Of a stretch of DNA of 64,000 bases, positions 26,730 through 40,447 are shown in pieces. Each line of letters starts with the position of its first letter. Positions within the stretch are counted from its first letter, which is position 1. Origin of the DNA: Laetmonice hystrix (Eukaryota); the NCBI GenBank assembly GCA_965235115.1, contig OZ249436.1, forward strand, positions 41,914,001 to 41,978,000, read 5' to 3'. The position numbers and the translations under genes are program-made. The notes below the pieces were generated by a model, which had not been told where the DNA came from, made no database searches, and saw only the letters and a list, made by a program, of their open reading frames with translations.

Positions 26730-28015
26730 GTGAGAGAAACATGGGGTACTGCTCTACTGGTATACCTTGTGTCAGAGAAACATGGGTCACTGCTCTACTG
26801 GTATACCTTGTGTGAGGGAAACATGGGGTACCGCTCTACTGGTATACCTTGTGTGAGAGAAACATGGGTCACTGCTCTACTGGTATACCTTGTGTGAGAG
26901 AAACATGGGGTACCGCTCTACTGGTACACCTTGTGTGAGAGAAACACGGGTCACTGCTCTACTGGTATACCTTGTGTGAGAGAGACATGGGGTACCGCTC
27001 TACTGGTATACCTTGTGTGAGAGAAACATGGGGTACTGCTCTACTGGTATACCTTGTGTGAGGGAAACATGGGGTACTGCTCTACTGGTATACCTTGTGT
27101 GAGAGAAACATGGGGTACTGCTCTACTGGTATACCTTGTGTGAGGGAAACATGGGGTACCGCTCTACTGGTATACCTTGTGTGAGAGAAACATGGGGTAC
27201 CGCTCTACTGGTACACCTTGTGTGAGAGAAACATGGGGTACTGTTCTACTGGTATACCTTGTGTGAGGGAAACATGGGGTACCGCTCTACTGGTATACCT
27301 TGTGTGAGAGAAACATGGGGTACCGCTCTACTGGTACACCTTGTGTGAGAGAAACATGGGTCACTGCTCTACTGGTATACCTTGTGTGAGAGAAACATGG
27401 GGTACCGCTCTACTGGTATACCTTGTGTGAGAGAAACATGGGTCACTGCTCTACTGGTATACCTTGTGTGAGAGAAACATGGGGTACTGTTCTACTGGTA
27501 TACCTTGTGTGAGGGAAACATAGGGTACCGCTCTACTGGTATACCTTGTGTGAGAGAAACATGGGGTACCGCTCTACTGGTACACCTTGTGTGAGAGAAA
27601 CATGGGTCACTGCTCTACTGGTATACCTTGTGTGAGAGAGACATGGGGTACCGCTCTACTGGTATACCTTGTGTGAGGGAAACATCGGGTACCGCTCTAC
27701 TGGTATACCTTGTGTGAGAGAAACATCGGGTACCGCTCTACTGGTATACCTTGTGTGAGAGAGACATGGGGTACCGCTCTACTGGTATACCTTGTGTGAG
27801 AGAAACATGGGTCACTGCTCTACTGGTATACCTTGTGTGAGAGAAACATGGGGTACCGCTCTACTGGTATACCTTGTGTGAGAGAAACATGGGGTACTGC
27901 TCTACTGGAATACCTTGTGTGAGAGAAACATGGGGTACCGCTCTACTGGTATACCTTGTGTGAGAGAAACGTCGGTTACTTCTCCACTGGTATACCTTAT
28001 GTGAGAGAAACATAG
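26730..28015. repeat. Minisatellite, 41-bp unit, about 31 copies
   Basis: gtgagagaaacatggggtaccgctctactggtataccttgt with point variants. Confidence 0.97.
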
Positions 28016-30904
28016 GCCATTGCTCCCCTGTAATACCTTTGAGTGAGGAAAATATCCCATCTGTGGCACAACCTACAATTGCATTTTTACGTTGTGCGGT
28101 ATACAAGTGCTCGATACAACAAAAAGTATTATTCCTATGATCTAATTGGTCCACGTCTTGTTTCTTGCGCTCATTAAAATAACTCGGTTTACCTACTGGA
28201 CAGAAGGAACCTCAAGTACCGACAGAAAACCAACTGACCTGCAGAAAGTATAGAAGAGACTTTCCTATAGCATGAGACACTGACCCTGTTACCTTAACGT
28301 TTCCAGACGAGCGTCTACGTTAATATAAACAATGTCCAGCCAGGCAATGAATCAATATGTTCCAGCCAAGGCAGCATCACATAAACATATCATATGGTGG
28401 ATTTTCCTAACGCTACTGGACGACAGTTACATTTAGTGTCAGATTTCAAGTGTTTCAACATATCATTTTTTAGGTGCACCACACATGGCAGTATCAAGTA
28501 TTCCCAAACCAACGACCGTTTCACACCCAGCAGGGCAATGCACCGGTATATTAGTTATTTATTTCCAAAATACGGAGCGTAAAGAACAACCGTGAAAAAC
28601 CAGACATAAATATAGACGTAAAAACACATCGGTCCCCTGCACCATCCACAAATTCCACAAATACCGCGTGGATAGATGGTAGGTCTAGTCCAATACGGAC
28701 TGGAATACGACTATGAACTCTCAGCGACTTCTCCCAATCATTTCGAAATAGTTTTACTGCATGTGGCTCAATACTTTGCTGTGCCACTGACAAAAGATGA
28801 AGTAGTTTTTCCTAGGGCAGCCAGTTCCTTCAAGGGTCCTTCAAGGGTCAGGTGACATCATTAGAGTCACATCTGTATCTTTAGCTCTAATGAATATATC
28901 ACCAAAACACATCCTCTAATAACAAGACCGATTATTTCGAGTGGACTGCTGCTTGAAAGCTAGAAGTTTTTCTGTTCTGTAGCAAGCTTGAGGCGCCTGG
29001 ACTAGCATTCCTCCAAGCCTAAAAAGACACCATGGTGTCCTGTGGTTTAGGGCCTGATCTTTACCTTTTTGTGTGCGAGGTGTCGACATTCAGGTGATAA
29101 ACAACCACAAAATAAATCAAACTTCCTGTAAGAGGAAACTCCATGTTTTGCAGTTATCACCCAAATTCAAGCACGAGGAGGAACCTCTACTTGTTCGCTA
29201 TCAGTGGAGGCTAAACCCGCTCGTGACCCGTACGAAACGGATCAGAGCCTTGTTTTATTTCTCTACTTCCGGCAAGAAAAAAAAGTCCTTAACCCTTCCA
29301 GCTGTTACTCTCAAAGTGCTCAGGCCCGATCTTTTACAGCTGGTGACTAACTGGAGTGCGCCATCAATTTCCATTTGTATTGGAGACGTTGAAGGTGAAT
29401 GACGTTACAGCAAATGAGAATAACCTCTAGGAATCACGCTGAACGTCCGGAGGCCCATGGTGGTGGTGTGTGCAAGTTGGGAACATATCGATAGCTTCAT
29501 TGGTTCTTACTACCAACAGCTGTCCTCCGACAGATCTGTGGCCGACTTCACCAGCCATAGAAGACAGGGCTCATCACTCAGATGTTTAGTTAGCAAGAAC
29601 CTGCATCGGGTCAGTGGAAACAGGGTTTCGACAATACCCAGTCCCCTGCCGACCACACTGAGGCGGGGTAATCAAACCGCTTCTTGTCTCCTTCCACTCT
29701 ATGTGGTAGGCTGTAGTAGAATCTAGATAAGGGTTAGAGGCACTTCTAAAGTTAGTCCAAACCGCACTGAAACTTACAGCTCGTATCACGATTTGACACT
29801 TCAGTTGGCTCTATTCTCACTTGTTACACCGCATGGCGTGATAAACCAGGACGGCCATGCTACCAGAACACCGCTCCAAGCACCCCACTCCTAGCCTTGT
29901 GCCTGGTTTCATCAACACTATCGGTTCTAAATAACTGTAGTCTTATCTCAATGATATTCTCTAGGAGAACCCCAACAGAAGTAACAAAATCAATGTACAA
30001 GGCGCAGCCGTAATTCGACCCACTGTGTCTGGGGTTACGGGCGTCAGTGGCTAAATTCAATAAGCTCTACAAACAAGGCAAGATCTTAAGGACATGGTGA
30101 GCATCAGTCAACTCAAGTACAGTCTGGCAGGACAATGGCGCTACTCTATTGCACACTTGGGGATCTTGACTTGATCACTCATAATTCAACTAGTGTCGAG
30201 TACAGAATAGTAGCAATGTCCATTGTCAACAAAGGACCCACCGGGGCAAGAGCCCTCGACTTTGCAAGCCTGCAGCTATCTTTGCGCAGTGAAATACGCA
30301 ACAAATTGGATGGTGTGAACAGGATTGCTAACATGAAATGTTTGAAAAGTACCGCTGGCAACTCTAGCCACGGCGAGCTTCAGTGTCAACACGAAGGTGA
30401 CGTGAACTAGATGGCCTTGCTTGCAGTTAGATTATGGTTATTATTCACTGCAAATCGTCATAATCCATACATGGCCTCAGCTTAGAAAATGAAGACCTTG
30501 TCTCTCAGTGAAGGGTCAGACTGTGCCTTGTCAGAACAGCGACATTTTAAAACATAACTCATGTATCATGTGTCAATGCAACAACTCTATACTAGTGTTA
30601 TTGTATACAAACTAGCCACACACATTGTGGTTAAAGTATTAAACCTAAGGTGGGTGTTAATCCTTTAATAGGTAACTCTCATTCTATTGATAATGGAAAA
30701 CGAGGCCTTATTTCCATGGTCATGCAGTAACATTTCTGTTTCAGTACTGCGAACAACTTTCTAAAAGATCTTTTGTTTAACTGATCGTTCAAGCCTGAAC
30801 CTTTATCGAGACACAATGTCAGCCTTGGGATTCGAATAATGACCACTGAAACCAGCTATTGTCATCTGATCAGTTGGAAGAAAATATCTCTACACACAAC
30901 CCAC

Positions 30905-31083
30905 CTGGCATGATGTTCTTGTAAATGATCTGCACATGGTCGTCACGGTCAGGGCGTGTGTGTTCATGCCAAAACCCGACCACATGGCCTAACTCGTGGA
31001 CAACTATGCCAAACTTGTCACAGTTCTTGCCTATCGAGATAGCCTGCGGGCCGTTCCCCCTCTTTCCAACAAACGAGCAGCAT
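30905..31083 (-). CDS. BMP1/TLL: Tolloid exon 5: zinc-binding site
   Basis: [59 protein letters not shown]. Confidence 0.98.
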
Positions 31084-31494
31084 CTGCAATAATATCACTA
31101 CATCTCTGACTGAGGTTTATCTGGTGTAAAACAGTGTCTATTACAGGTATTATCAAGCTGAGAGCATCTACCACTCGTGATATTTGAGACAAAACAATCT
31201 TGACCCAATTGTTCTGGACTTCGGTAGAATTGTTGATGTGCAGTATAAATAAATACCGATTACTGCGCTAGATCTTTACGTTCGTCGCACTCATTCAACA
31301 ACCTGAGAGCTTGAAATGCTACTCGTGAAATATTCGGAGAGGAGACTATTAGGGTCCACGTCTGAATGGTGCCTATCAATAATACATCGCGTTCTAAATA
31401 CTTCTTAAGTTGTTATTTCTACCAAGAAGTTCAGATATTGTCATGACAATCAATATGATAGATTAGTATAAATGTGCTAACAAAAGGCACTCAC

Positions 31495-31615
31495 CCGCAT
31501 GGCCTTTCTGTGAAAACAATATAATTGTAATCCTCAGGTGTGCGTTCCACAAAGGTAATACAGGTGTAATTCTCCCAGTGACGCATGGCTTGCTTAAACA
31601 AAGCTTTGTGTGCCC
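31495..31615 (-). CDS. BMP1/TLL: Tolloid exon 4: astacin domain
   Basis: [41 protein letters not shown]; tgcAG acceptor, GTGAGT donor. Confidence 0.97.
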
Positions 31616-32559
31616 CTGCAAAACCAAAACCAAAAAAAATACATTAATTCATATTGAAGCACTTTAAACAATCTCCGGACATCAATGCATGTTGATTTAT
31701 TGTTCTCGGCACTCATAACCCGCCCGATGATTAACGACCGTGTTGCTCTATGTTTAAACTGTTAATCACCATCGATATTTTGCTGCCTATGCCTTGTAAT
31801 CAGATCGGACCAATTTATTTACAAATATCAAACATTTCAGTTTCTAGTTTACTGCTTCTATCGCCTTCAGCCGATCAGTGCTAACACGTACGCTTTCAGC
31901 GAGGCCCCTTGACCCATCCTTCACATTCTCACCACGCATGATCGCGACTTAAATGAAGTACGGATCCCCAGTTGGTGCACTGCACCAGGAGCATGATTGG
32001 CAGCTCGACGTCGGCTGTCAGGACCCGTACGGATCTCTGACCCATGCGTGTACTAAACACCAACTTACACATCCATCTATCTTCATTTACAATGATCACT
32101 CTAGTCATGGCGGTACTCAGTGCAGTGGACCCTCCCACACCCTCCCTCTCCCAGCCTGCCGTCAGAACTCACCACGCAATAACCAATCAGTGTAAAAGTA
32201 GGCACAATTTGAAACCTCTTCTCCCATACATGCCATCCATGTTGGGACAGGAGACATGCTAGATATAATTTTATGTCTGATTATTGTCACCTTTTTTTCA
32301 TCATTTTTTTATGTCCTTGGACTGTTGTATAGAATACATCCGTTTTATCACAAATTACGGTACAAACTGTACGAGATACGCGACCATTACTTTTCCTATA
32401 CCGGCAGGTCTGGGAAGGGGCTTGAACTTGAGGGAAAATGAGGGCGTCGAATTGAGAAGGCTCTATATTCGCCTTATTTGACGGGAGATGGTTATCTCTA
32501 GTTTAGTGTCCCATGAAAGTCATTCCTAGTGTAGGTAACAGTGAAGTAGGAGTTGTTAC

Positions 32560-32711
32560 CGCTAAAGTTAGCCTCGATCATGTACGGTATGACGCCGTGG
32601 TCCCAGAGTCGTTCAGGCCGGGCCGTGGCTGCTCGTTTCGACCTCCTTCTCCCTGACCCCTCACCGGCTTGTTGCTGTTGTTGTCGCCGTTGACGTTGAA
32701 GTTGTCGTAAC
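32560..32711 (-). CDS. BMP1/TLL: Tolloid exon 3: furin site and start of mature protease
   Basis: [55 protein letters not shown] boundaries; phases fit. Confidence 0.95.
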
Positions 32712-33130
32712 CTGAATCAATCCAACACAAAGAACTCACTGATAATGGAAAACACGCCACGAGATTACGAGGTCTTTATAGAAAAAGCGAAGACACTCGA
32801 ATTCTCAGCATAATTAATTGATTGAGGGCATGACTGTTAAATCGTCAACATGAATCATGAAAAGACACTACTACATCGCAATAATCGATGTCTTTCCCTT
32901 CTTAAACTCAATCTCACACAATGTTAAATATCAGCTTACGTGTATCTTGGGTTGGTAAAAGTCTGAACACGACTATAATCCTTCTGGAGATTAATTGATA
33001 ATCTCCTTATCAAACCACATAAACTCTAAGCTTAGGTTACACCCCGCGCTACATTCGCTTTACTTTTATCCCAAGTCCTGGCGTGATTTGAGCTGTTTGG
33101 GAGTTTATATTGACACTGTTCTCTACCCAC

Positions 33131-33371
33131 CTCCGTAGCCTCCTCCTCCGCTCTCGTCTCCTCCTCCTTTCCTCCGGTCTCTCATGCCGGTGTTTGTGTT
33201 TTTGCCGCCGTCTTCTCTCCATGGTGGAGTGACTCTTCGCCACCTCGGCCTCCATCCGGGCTAGTTGTTGGTCAGCCTCCTTCTGACGCTCATTCTCATC
33301 TCGTTCTCGCGCGATCGCCAACTCTCGTTCATATTCGTCTTCGCCCAATGCTATGTCCCCAATGAAAGCAG
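33131..33371 (-). CDS. BMP1/TLL: Tolloid exon 2: prodomain
   Basis: ttttcAG acceptor; AAFIGDIALGEDEYE with the astacin FxGDI motif; Arg-rich tract; GTGGGT donor, phase 2. Confidence 0.9.
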
Positions 33372-34551
33372 CTGAAAACATCAAGAAGACGAGTTGTAAG
33401 TATTGGTCGGCAGATCAAGCCTTCAGAGTTCAGAAGTATGTCCGGGGCCTTAACATGTCGGGTTCTTGATCGCTGCCAGACAGTAAAACATTCCAGTTGG
33501 TCGATGGATACGACGTGAAGCAACGCAAGATCCGGAGCTCGTCTGGAGAAACATTTTAAAATGAAATTATGACAAGTCCATTGAGGAAAAGTTACTTGAT
33601 CACTTTTAATATAAAAAAATACCTCCTCCCGCTTAAAAACCCCTATGTGCGAATTACTTCACAAATACATTACATGGGGGTGCATAAAAATCACTCTCCA
33701 TGAATAATCAAACCTTCACTAAATAAAGGCTGTAGGCCTAGTACTCTGTATATTTATGGACCAAAGTTACATGCAAGTTACTCAACTACAGAGGTGATAC
33801 CTGAGCAAGGTAGATCTTAATCTCTTATCACAGTCCAATTTGTCCTACGCCGAGGCCAACTTTAATAAATCTTCTTTTGAATTCGGCCAGCCATGTATGT
33901 GTGCAACAGAATGCTACTGCTACAAGCGCATAGAAATAGGAGAAAATGGTGGTTGCATGTTTTCAATGGACTTGGACCCACAGGCATTAAACGCTCAATA
34001 AAAACATAAGCTTATAATGATGCCATCCTGTATAACTGTCACTTCACCCAGCGAGCGGTCTGAATGATGGCGTAATTCCAGGGATACAGATGATATGGAA
34101 GTCTCCGCTCAATATCCTAGAGTATAAAATTTAGGGACCTGACGTTGTTCCTACGTATCCTCATTCCCTCATACGAGGAAGCCTATCTATAGACACGGAC
34201 GAGGACATGTTCTAAGAAAACTGTTCGGTTGAGTGACTTGTGGCTTCCTTTATCTCGTCTATACTAGAAACATTTGAAAGCCTTTTCATCCTCATAGGAA
34301 TTACCCGTTATATCTTTTGCAGACTCATTTGAACTCAGTAAACCGTTCAAAATAAAGCCTATATCAAGGTTATTATGTGAATTAGAACTGGGAAGCACAT
34401 TAAGGTGTTTCCAAAATCCTAACCAGCAAAAACGGTTCACAAAAACAGTATAATCAAAAAGAAAGTTGATCTTGATAATGGGGTCATATACGGAGAAGAC
34501 ATGTGCGTAACACGTAAAATGTTGTACAGCATATAATTTTTTACCACTCAG

Positions 34552-34717
34552 CAGGGGCGGATCCAGGATTTTGGTAAGGGGGTTAAGGGGGAGAATTTGC
34601 CTGGGGGGGTTTAGCATGGTCAATTCAGAAAGTTCAATGGAGAAAAAAGAAAAATTGACTGCCTAGGGTGTTTAAACCCACTAACCCCCCCCCCCCCCCC
34701 CCCCCGATCCGCCACTG
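34552..34717. mobile_element. hAT-like MITE (CAGGGGCGGATC...GATCCGCCACTG)
   Basis: Terminal inverted repeats; flanks ctcag / ttcag (5 bp, 1 mismatch). Confidence 0.7.
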
Positions 34718-37700
34718 TTCAGGTCTAACGTTTTCCACAGAGAAAAGACCGTCACCAAGCTAGAGACTCCGAAGATGTTGTCAAAGAGACCCGGGCTGTC
34801 TGAATGAGCAGGCTGTGGCGGTAACAGGACTCGCCTGACGATGTTTAGTCTGTCGCGAGGTATTTCCCAGCCATCTTTAATACACTAGTACTAACCCTAA
34901 GACACTTTTTTTTAGCTCCGAGCTCATCGACGCCTGGTGACTTGCTGGGTTGTAGACACGAGAGTGGTTAAAATCTTTGACAAAACCAGCGTGTCACGTG
35001 TACTAACTGAGAGGTGAAATGAATCGAGGGCATCTTGAGTGTTCAGTCCCATGATCTCTGTATCAACCCATCCAATAGCCTAACTCTCAGGCCATCCAAT
35101 GGCTTGACTGTCACAAGAACCACTTTGCGTCTATACGTATTTTATAGCTATACAGGTCCTGTATTGAAGGTTGTCGGAATCTTTTAGTAGCTTAGATTGG
35201 AGGGGGTCCTGATACACAGACAGCCACAAAAAGAAATGATCTTTTCCTTATCTAAAAATGCGGGCAGTCCCCAAGCACCCCACCAGCTCCGACGGAAAAT
35301 AGTAGAACGTTAGACGTGTTGCTTTCCTCTGTATCAACATATTAACATGGGCCGACGTTCAACTTGCCTCTACTTTTTAACCAACCTCCAGGGAGTGCCA
35401 GTGGCGTGAGCCATGGTGTTAGTCTAAAGAAACATTTGTAGGCAGGTGGTCTCGACGTCGGAGGACTGTTCAAATTATCTTGTGTCAACCCCACGGAACA
35501 CACGCGACATATCCAGCAGGTCTAGACGTTACATACACGTCAAAAACCGACCAAATTAAAACACGGTCACTCAGCGCCCACAGTCCCCGTCTCGCTATAG
35601 GTCTCGTTAACCGTAGCGAGATCGTTAACCAACCAAGTTGTCTGTTCACAACAAGATTTGTGTACCTACAACGTGAAACGAATCGACCCTGGTTCCGAGG
35701 GCCGCGCCTGGCAAACCTGCTTGAAACTTTGAGCAGTAGCATGTTGTTGCTATCGGATAAAGCTCAAGTAGAAGACGCAAGACTTGAGCGGGTTTGCGGA
35801 GTGATTTAAAGATGTTTCCATGTAAACTGTCAGGGTGGCGGAGGCGTGGCGGCGCTGAACGAACGACCATGCGGTGTTTCCTGGAGCGAGTAGGTCGAGA
35901 CGGTAGATCGCCAACTGGCAGCCCAGCCAGCACTGTCTGTGAGCCACGTGCCCACTGACTCGACTCCCCCGCAAGGCTTCCGCCCAGCCCTTCGTCCCTA
36001 GGCTGAATGCCAAGAAAGCCCCCCCCCCCCCCCCTCCCATCCCTCCAATCCTCCCCGCCAACCACATACTGCATGGCCTTGTACATGAATCATTATTTCG
36101 GAGATGTACCAACCACTGACTCCTACACCTTCTGGATGTCACCTGACACCAGCAGCCAGAGACTCAATCCTTTCCTCTGACTGAGACGGTAACAATTCTC
36201 ATATCATAAGATTCTTTCGCTCCATGAAAATATCCTCCCTGACCTATCGCTTAGGCCTATTACCGAATCGTTTGTGTGAATGACAGGCTTAAATTGCGCC
36301 ATGCTATTTGTTGTGAGCAGTATATCGAAAGTAACGTACGGCTTCTTGAAGAAGATAAGCAAACCTTTTTAAGGACTATCTTCGACCATCTCTACATGCA
36401 GGGTCACTTGAATTACATGCCAACTCTACCTCAGCCTTGATTGGCCGTTTTGTGTGAGTCAATGTAGGTAAGACCCGATAAACTTTTTAGAAGTTGGTTG
36501 CAGTGGGCCTACCATCCCTAGTTAGACTATATAGGTAACCCGTAATTTTTCTTTCCTTCTACAGGTACAGTGAAGGAAAGTTGCTCAGAGAGTAAGATTG
36601 TATTTCATACAGTGACAGAACACACGGTTCTGGGTAGGTTAACCAGAAAGAGTCGTGCCGGCTTGCCACTATTTGATCTTTGTTGTTCGAAACGGTCAAG
36701 CCCAGTTTGGCGAAGATTGAACGCAAAAAGAAGGGGGGGGGACAATTGGGGGAAACGCCAGACTACGGGTTGACTCGTTTAACTAACTGAAAAGTTAGTC
36801 CTCTCTGAAAAGGGCCCAACTATTGTTCCTGACACTCCATGCACAAGGGATGGCGATGATAATGGCAGTGGGCGTCATGGTACTTCCGATCAAATTTAGG
36901 GTTCTCTCATTCATACCAAATGTCGGAGATGGAGAGACAGACCTACTGGACCAGGTCTGATCTTGGTGCACGAAGGAAGCATCAACGAGTTAGCGAATCT
37001 CAGGCCGGTGATAACGCGGTCCACCCCTTTGTATTGATGTATAAAATGTTCGTAAAATGCCATGATGGGTATGCAGATTTAAGCTAAAATCTCGAAGACA
37101 AGGTTTAATTATAGCCTACGTTTTCACTGACATATAGGATGGTTTCAAACCGGAAGTAGGGGGTAGATGTTTGCATGACGTTTGGGACGTAACAGTGAGG
37201 TGTGACACCGCCATGTTGTTCCTCCCACCTTCACCTCAAACACGGAGGTCGTTGTGGGAAGGACGTTGTCCGGGCAGTGGGCGCGGGATGTGGTGGTGGT
37301 GGGGGTGGGAGGTGGGGTACAGAGACGTGGAGGGACTAAACGCCCCGCCGCCGCCAGTCTACCCACCACCCAGGGATTCCAGCCTCAAGTGTTCGACGTG
37401 ACTGATAGTGTTACCATGGATATAGGCATGTTACTCTGGTACAGACAGGTACAGATGAAGAAAAGTCAGTTGACCCCGATATCAGTCTGCAGATACACGG
37501 CCCACCTTCATCGTCTGGGGAGTCTGTCTCAAGATCTAGGATCAACTAAACATCATCGTCTCAGATCGAGGGAAGGGAAAGTTACGACACACTGTATCTC
37601 AGTGAACTTAGGCCACGTAAATCGCGTGGCGAGATAAGCTAGCTCAGTATAACACCTAAATTTTCTGAACAAATTAGTCGGAATGTGTCTAGAGGTAGCG

Positions 37701-39932
37701 TATAAGTTTAAAAACTGGTCTACAGACCCAATACATTGCCGTATTTTCATTTATGGACCCAAACTGGCCTGTCCAAATTCAGAGGAGACTTTCATGAAAT
37801 TGCTCGAGAGAATTGATCTATGACTTCTTCATTCATGGCTCATAACGTTTTAAACATGTATGCCAGTTGTAAATTCGTACTGTGCTTCAACATCTGCAGG
37901 ATACGAACATTTCCCCCCATTATCTTCCTTATTTAGTACTGAACGGAGCCAAAACCTATCATCAATTAGGTCTATGTATTTAAAATCATATTATGGGGTT
38001 CTTAGCAAAAGATAATGCCCGAATTTTAAAGCCTCCCCTTCTCATAAAAACCAATGGCCAGCGAGTGTACAAAACATTCCGGGTTGTCTGTCCACTCAAT
38101 CAGTATTGGCTATGTATCTACGACGTGTTTTACGGCTATGAACACTTTGATGTTGTGAAGGGCGCAGGTTTACTATCGATGAGATTATCCAAAGGATTAT
38201 CGCATCAAAGCCATAAAGGTTCTCCAGGGGCAACAGATAAACCAATATGTACAATCATCATGTGACGCCAAAATACAGCGCCAACGTGTTCAGCTATGAT
38301 GACCTTAGATTACAATGGGGATAGTTATGAGAGAGATAGCTCCCACCGATCAGTTTAAATTGAGCACTTCTATTGATCGGCGAGGCCATGTTATATGGGG
38401 GACGGGCCATGTTATATGGGGGACGACAACTGGGTTATTGATTCACAGCACCCCACAATCGTCTCTGACGAACGTTAATATATTAGGTTTGGGCACTCGT
38501 TCATTTCAAACCGCCCATTGTTTATATATGGACGAAGCCAGGTTGTTCCCGTAGAATCAATGTTTTTAGACCAAACATCTCGGGTATTGTAGCAATTACA
38601 GTATCCATCAAGATATTACGCCGAACACACAGACGGTCCACGGACGATTTGGACACAGCCATGGTGGACCTCCGCGTGAAGGCGATACGGAGGGGGCGGG
38701 GGGGGGGGCGGGGGTGGTGACGCCCTTGGTTTTGACAACTCAAAGTCGGCTTGATTTACGGCTCTGACAGGTGGCCGTGACCAGTTGTTTCTGTAGATGC
38801 CATCGCGCCCGCCTCGGTCAATACGTCGATAGTGTTGTTGGCAGATCTCGGTGGTTGGAGAGAAGGGATGGGGAGCTGTTACTGATGTGGTCCCAGGGGA
38901 TGGTTTAATGGATCGCCGCCAAAACCAGCACAAGGTCAGGTCCCCTCGTTTCATTATCTCTTCAGTCCGATACAAATGCATTGTCTGCCGCAGTGGTGCT
39001 ATCTCCCATTTGACAAAACCGACCGAGTTGTGCCCACAGGCATCTATCCCAAGGGTTTCCAACATGGAAGGACAAACCTGGGTCCTATGGACGATTTCTG
39101 TACAATTACAGGTATTTGGAACCATGAGAAAGGGAAGGCATCAATGAAACGATAGAGAGCGTTGGCGAGAATTCCAAGCGAAGAACAGTGTAGAGGACTG
39201 ATGAACATTGCGGGTGTTCATTCTAAAAACTCTGAACGCAATGTGCACACATGCATGGCCATGTAATCCTTATTTTCACATTCATTAGTTCTCCATCGAC
39301 TAGTTTATCAATAGTTTAATAAGGCTTGATTAATTAGATAAAGGATTTATATTCACGGTTTCTCGACGCCCCTAAAATCATTTAAACTCTCAAACTTTTC
39401 TGGTATTCTTCCTTCCTCCTAATCCCCCCCCCCCTCCCCTTCAAGTTCTTAAACTCCCAAAAGCTGAGATCCTCCAGGAAAAAATATTACAAAATAATAC
39501 GTTTCACTTTTTTGCTGCTAAACAATGTTCAGAATATCAAGTACTCTAGAGGCTTCCAAGCACTCCTGACTCACTGTGAACGAATATTTCCAGCTCAGAA
39601 TTTGAAACTTTTAAATGGTTTCACACAATACTGACGACAAAGGTTACATTATGTGGTGGTCCTGCATAGAGTGAATCAGGGTAAAAGCTACCGTGGTCTC
39701 TTTTCAAAGAAAAAGTATTCCTAGTTTTTGTAGACAGCTGAAAGACACCAGTGACATGGTTCGCACAGTTTGGCATCCTTCTCACTCTAGGTCCAACTGT
39801 GTCGGGTTTAAAGAATCTAAATAACCTACTGTGCGTGTGGTAAACTAAGGCCACGGCTCGGAATGTGCCGCCTACTATGGCCCGACGGACGGACGGAGAA
39901 TGCCGACCCAACGATATATAGGCCTATACGTG

Positions 39933-40447
39933 CCTCCGAAATGAGCCCACCATGTTTCCAAACCTGAGCAGTACGTAGGTCTGTACAAATGCTGACTCCG
40001 AAATGAGCCCACCATGTTTCCAAACCTGAGCAGTAGGTCTGTACAAATGCTGACTCCGAAATGAGCCCACCATGTTTCCAAACCTGAGCAGTAGGTCTGT
40101 ACACATACTGACTCCGAAATGAGCCCACCATGTTTCCAAACCTGAGCAGTGGGTCTGTACACATACTGACTCCGAAATGAGCCCACCATGTTTCCAAACC
40201 TGAGCAGTGGGTCTGTATACATAATTATGTTGACTTCGAAATGAGCCACCATGTTTCCAAACCTGAGCAGTAGGTCTGTACATATGCTGACTCCGAAATG
40301 AGCCCACCATGTTTCCGAACCTGAGCACTCCGAAATGAGCCCACCATGTTTCCGAACCTGAGCAGTCGGTCTGTACATATGCTGAATTCTAAATGAGCCC
40401 ACCATGTTTCCGAACCTGAGCAGTATCTGGACATATATGCTGACTCG
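39933..40447. repeat. Minisatellite, 58-bp unit, about 9 copies
   Basis: ctccgaaatgagcccaccatgtttccaaacctgagcagtaggtctgtacaaatgctga. Confidence 0.95.

Noticed and set aside
26730..28015. CRISPR-like appearance of the regular arrays (also those at 2373, 39933, 43298 and 57769)
   Set aside because: Units are contiguous with no unique spacers, there are no cas genes, and the context is eukaryotic introns.
29400..30410. Cluster of short ORFs, possibly a retroelement remnant
   Set aside because: No reverse transcriptase, endonuclease or integrase motifs recognised.
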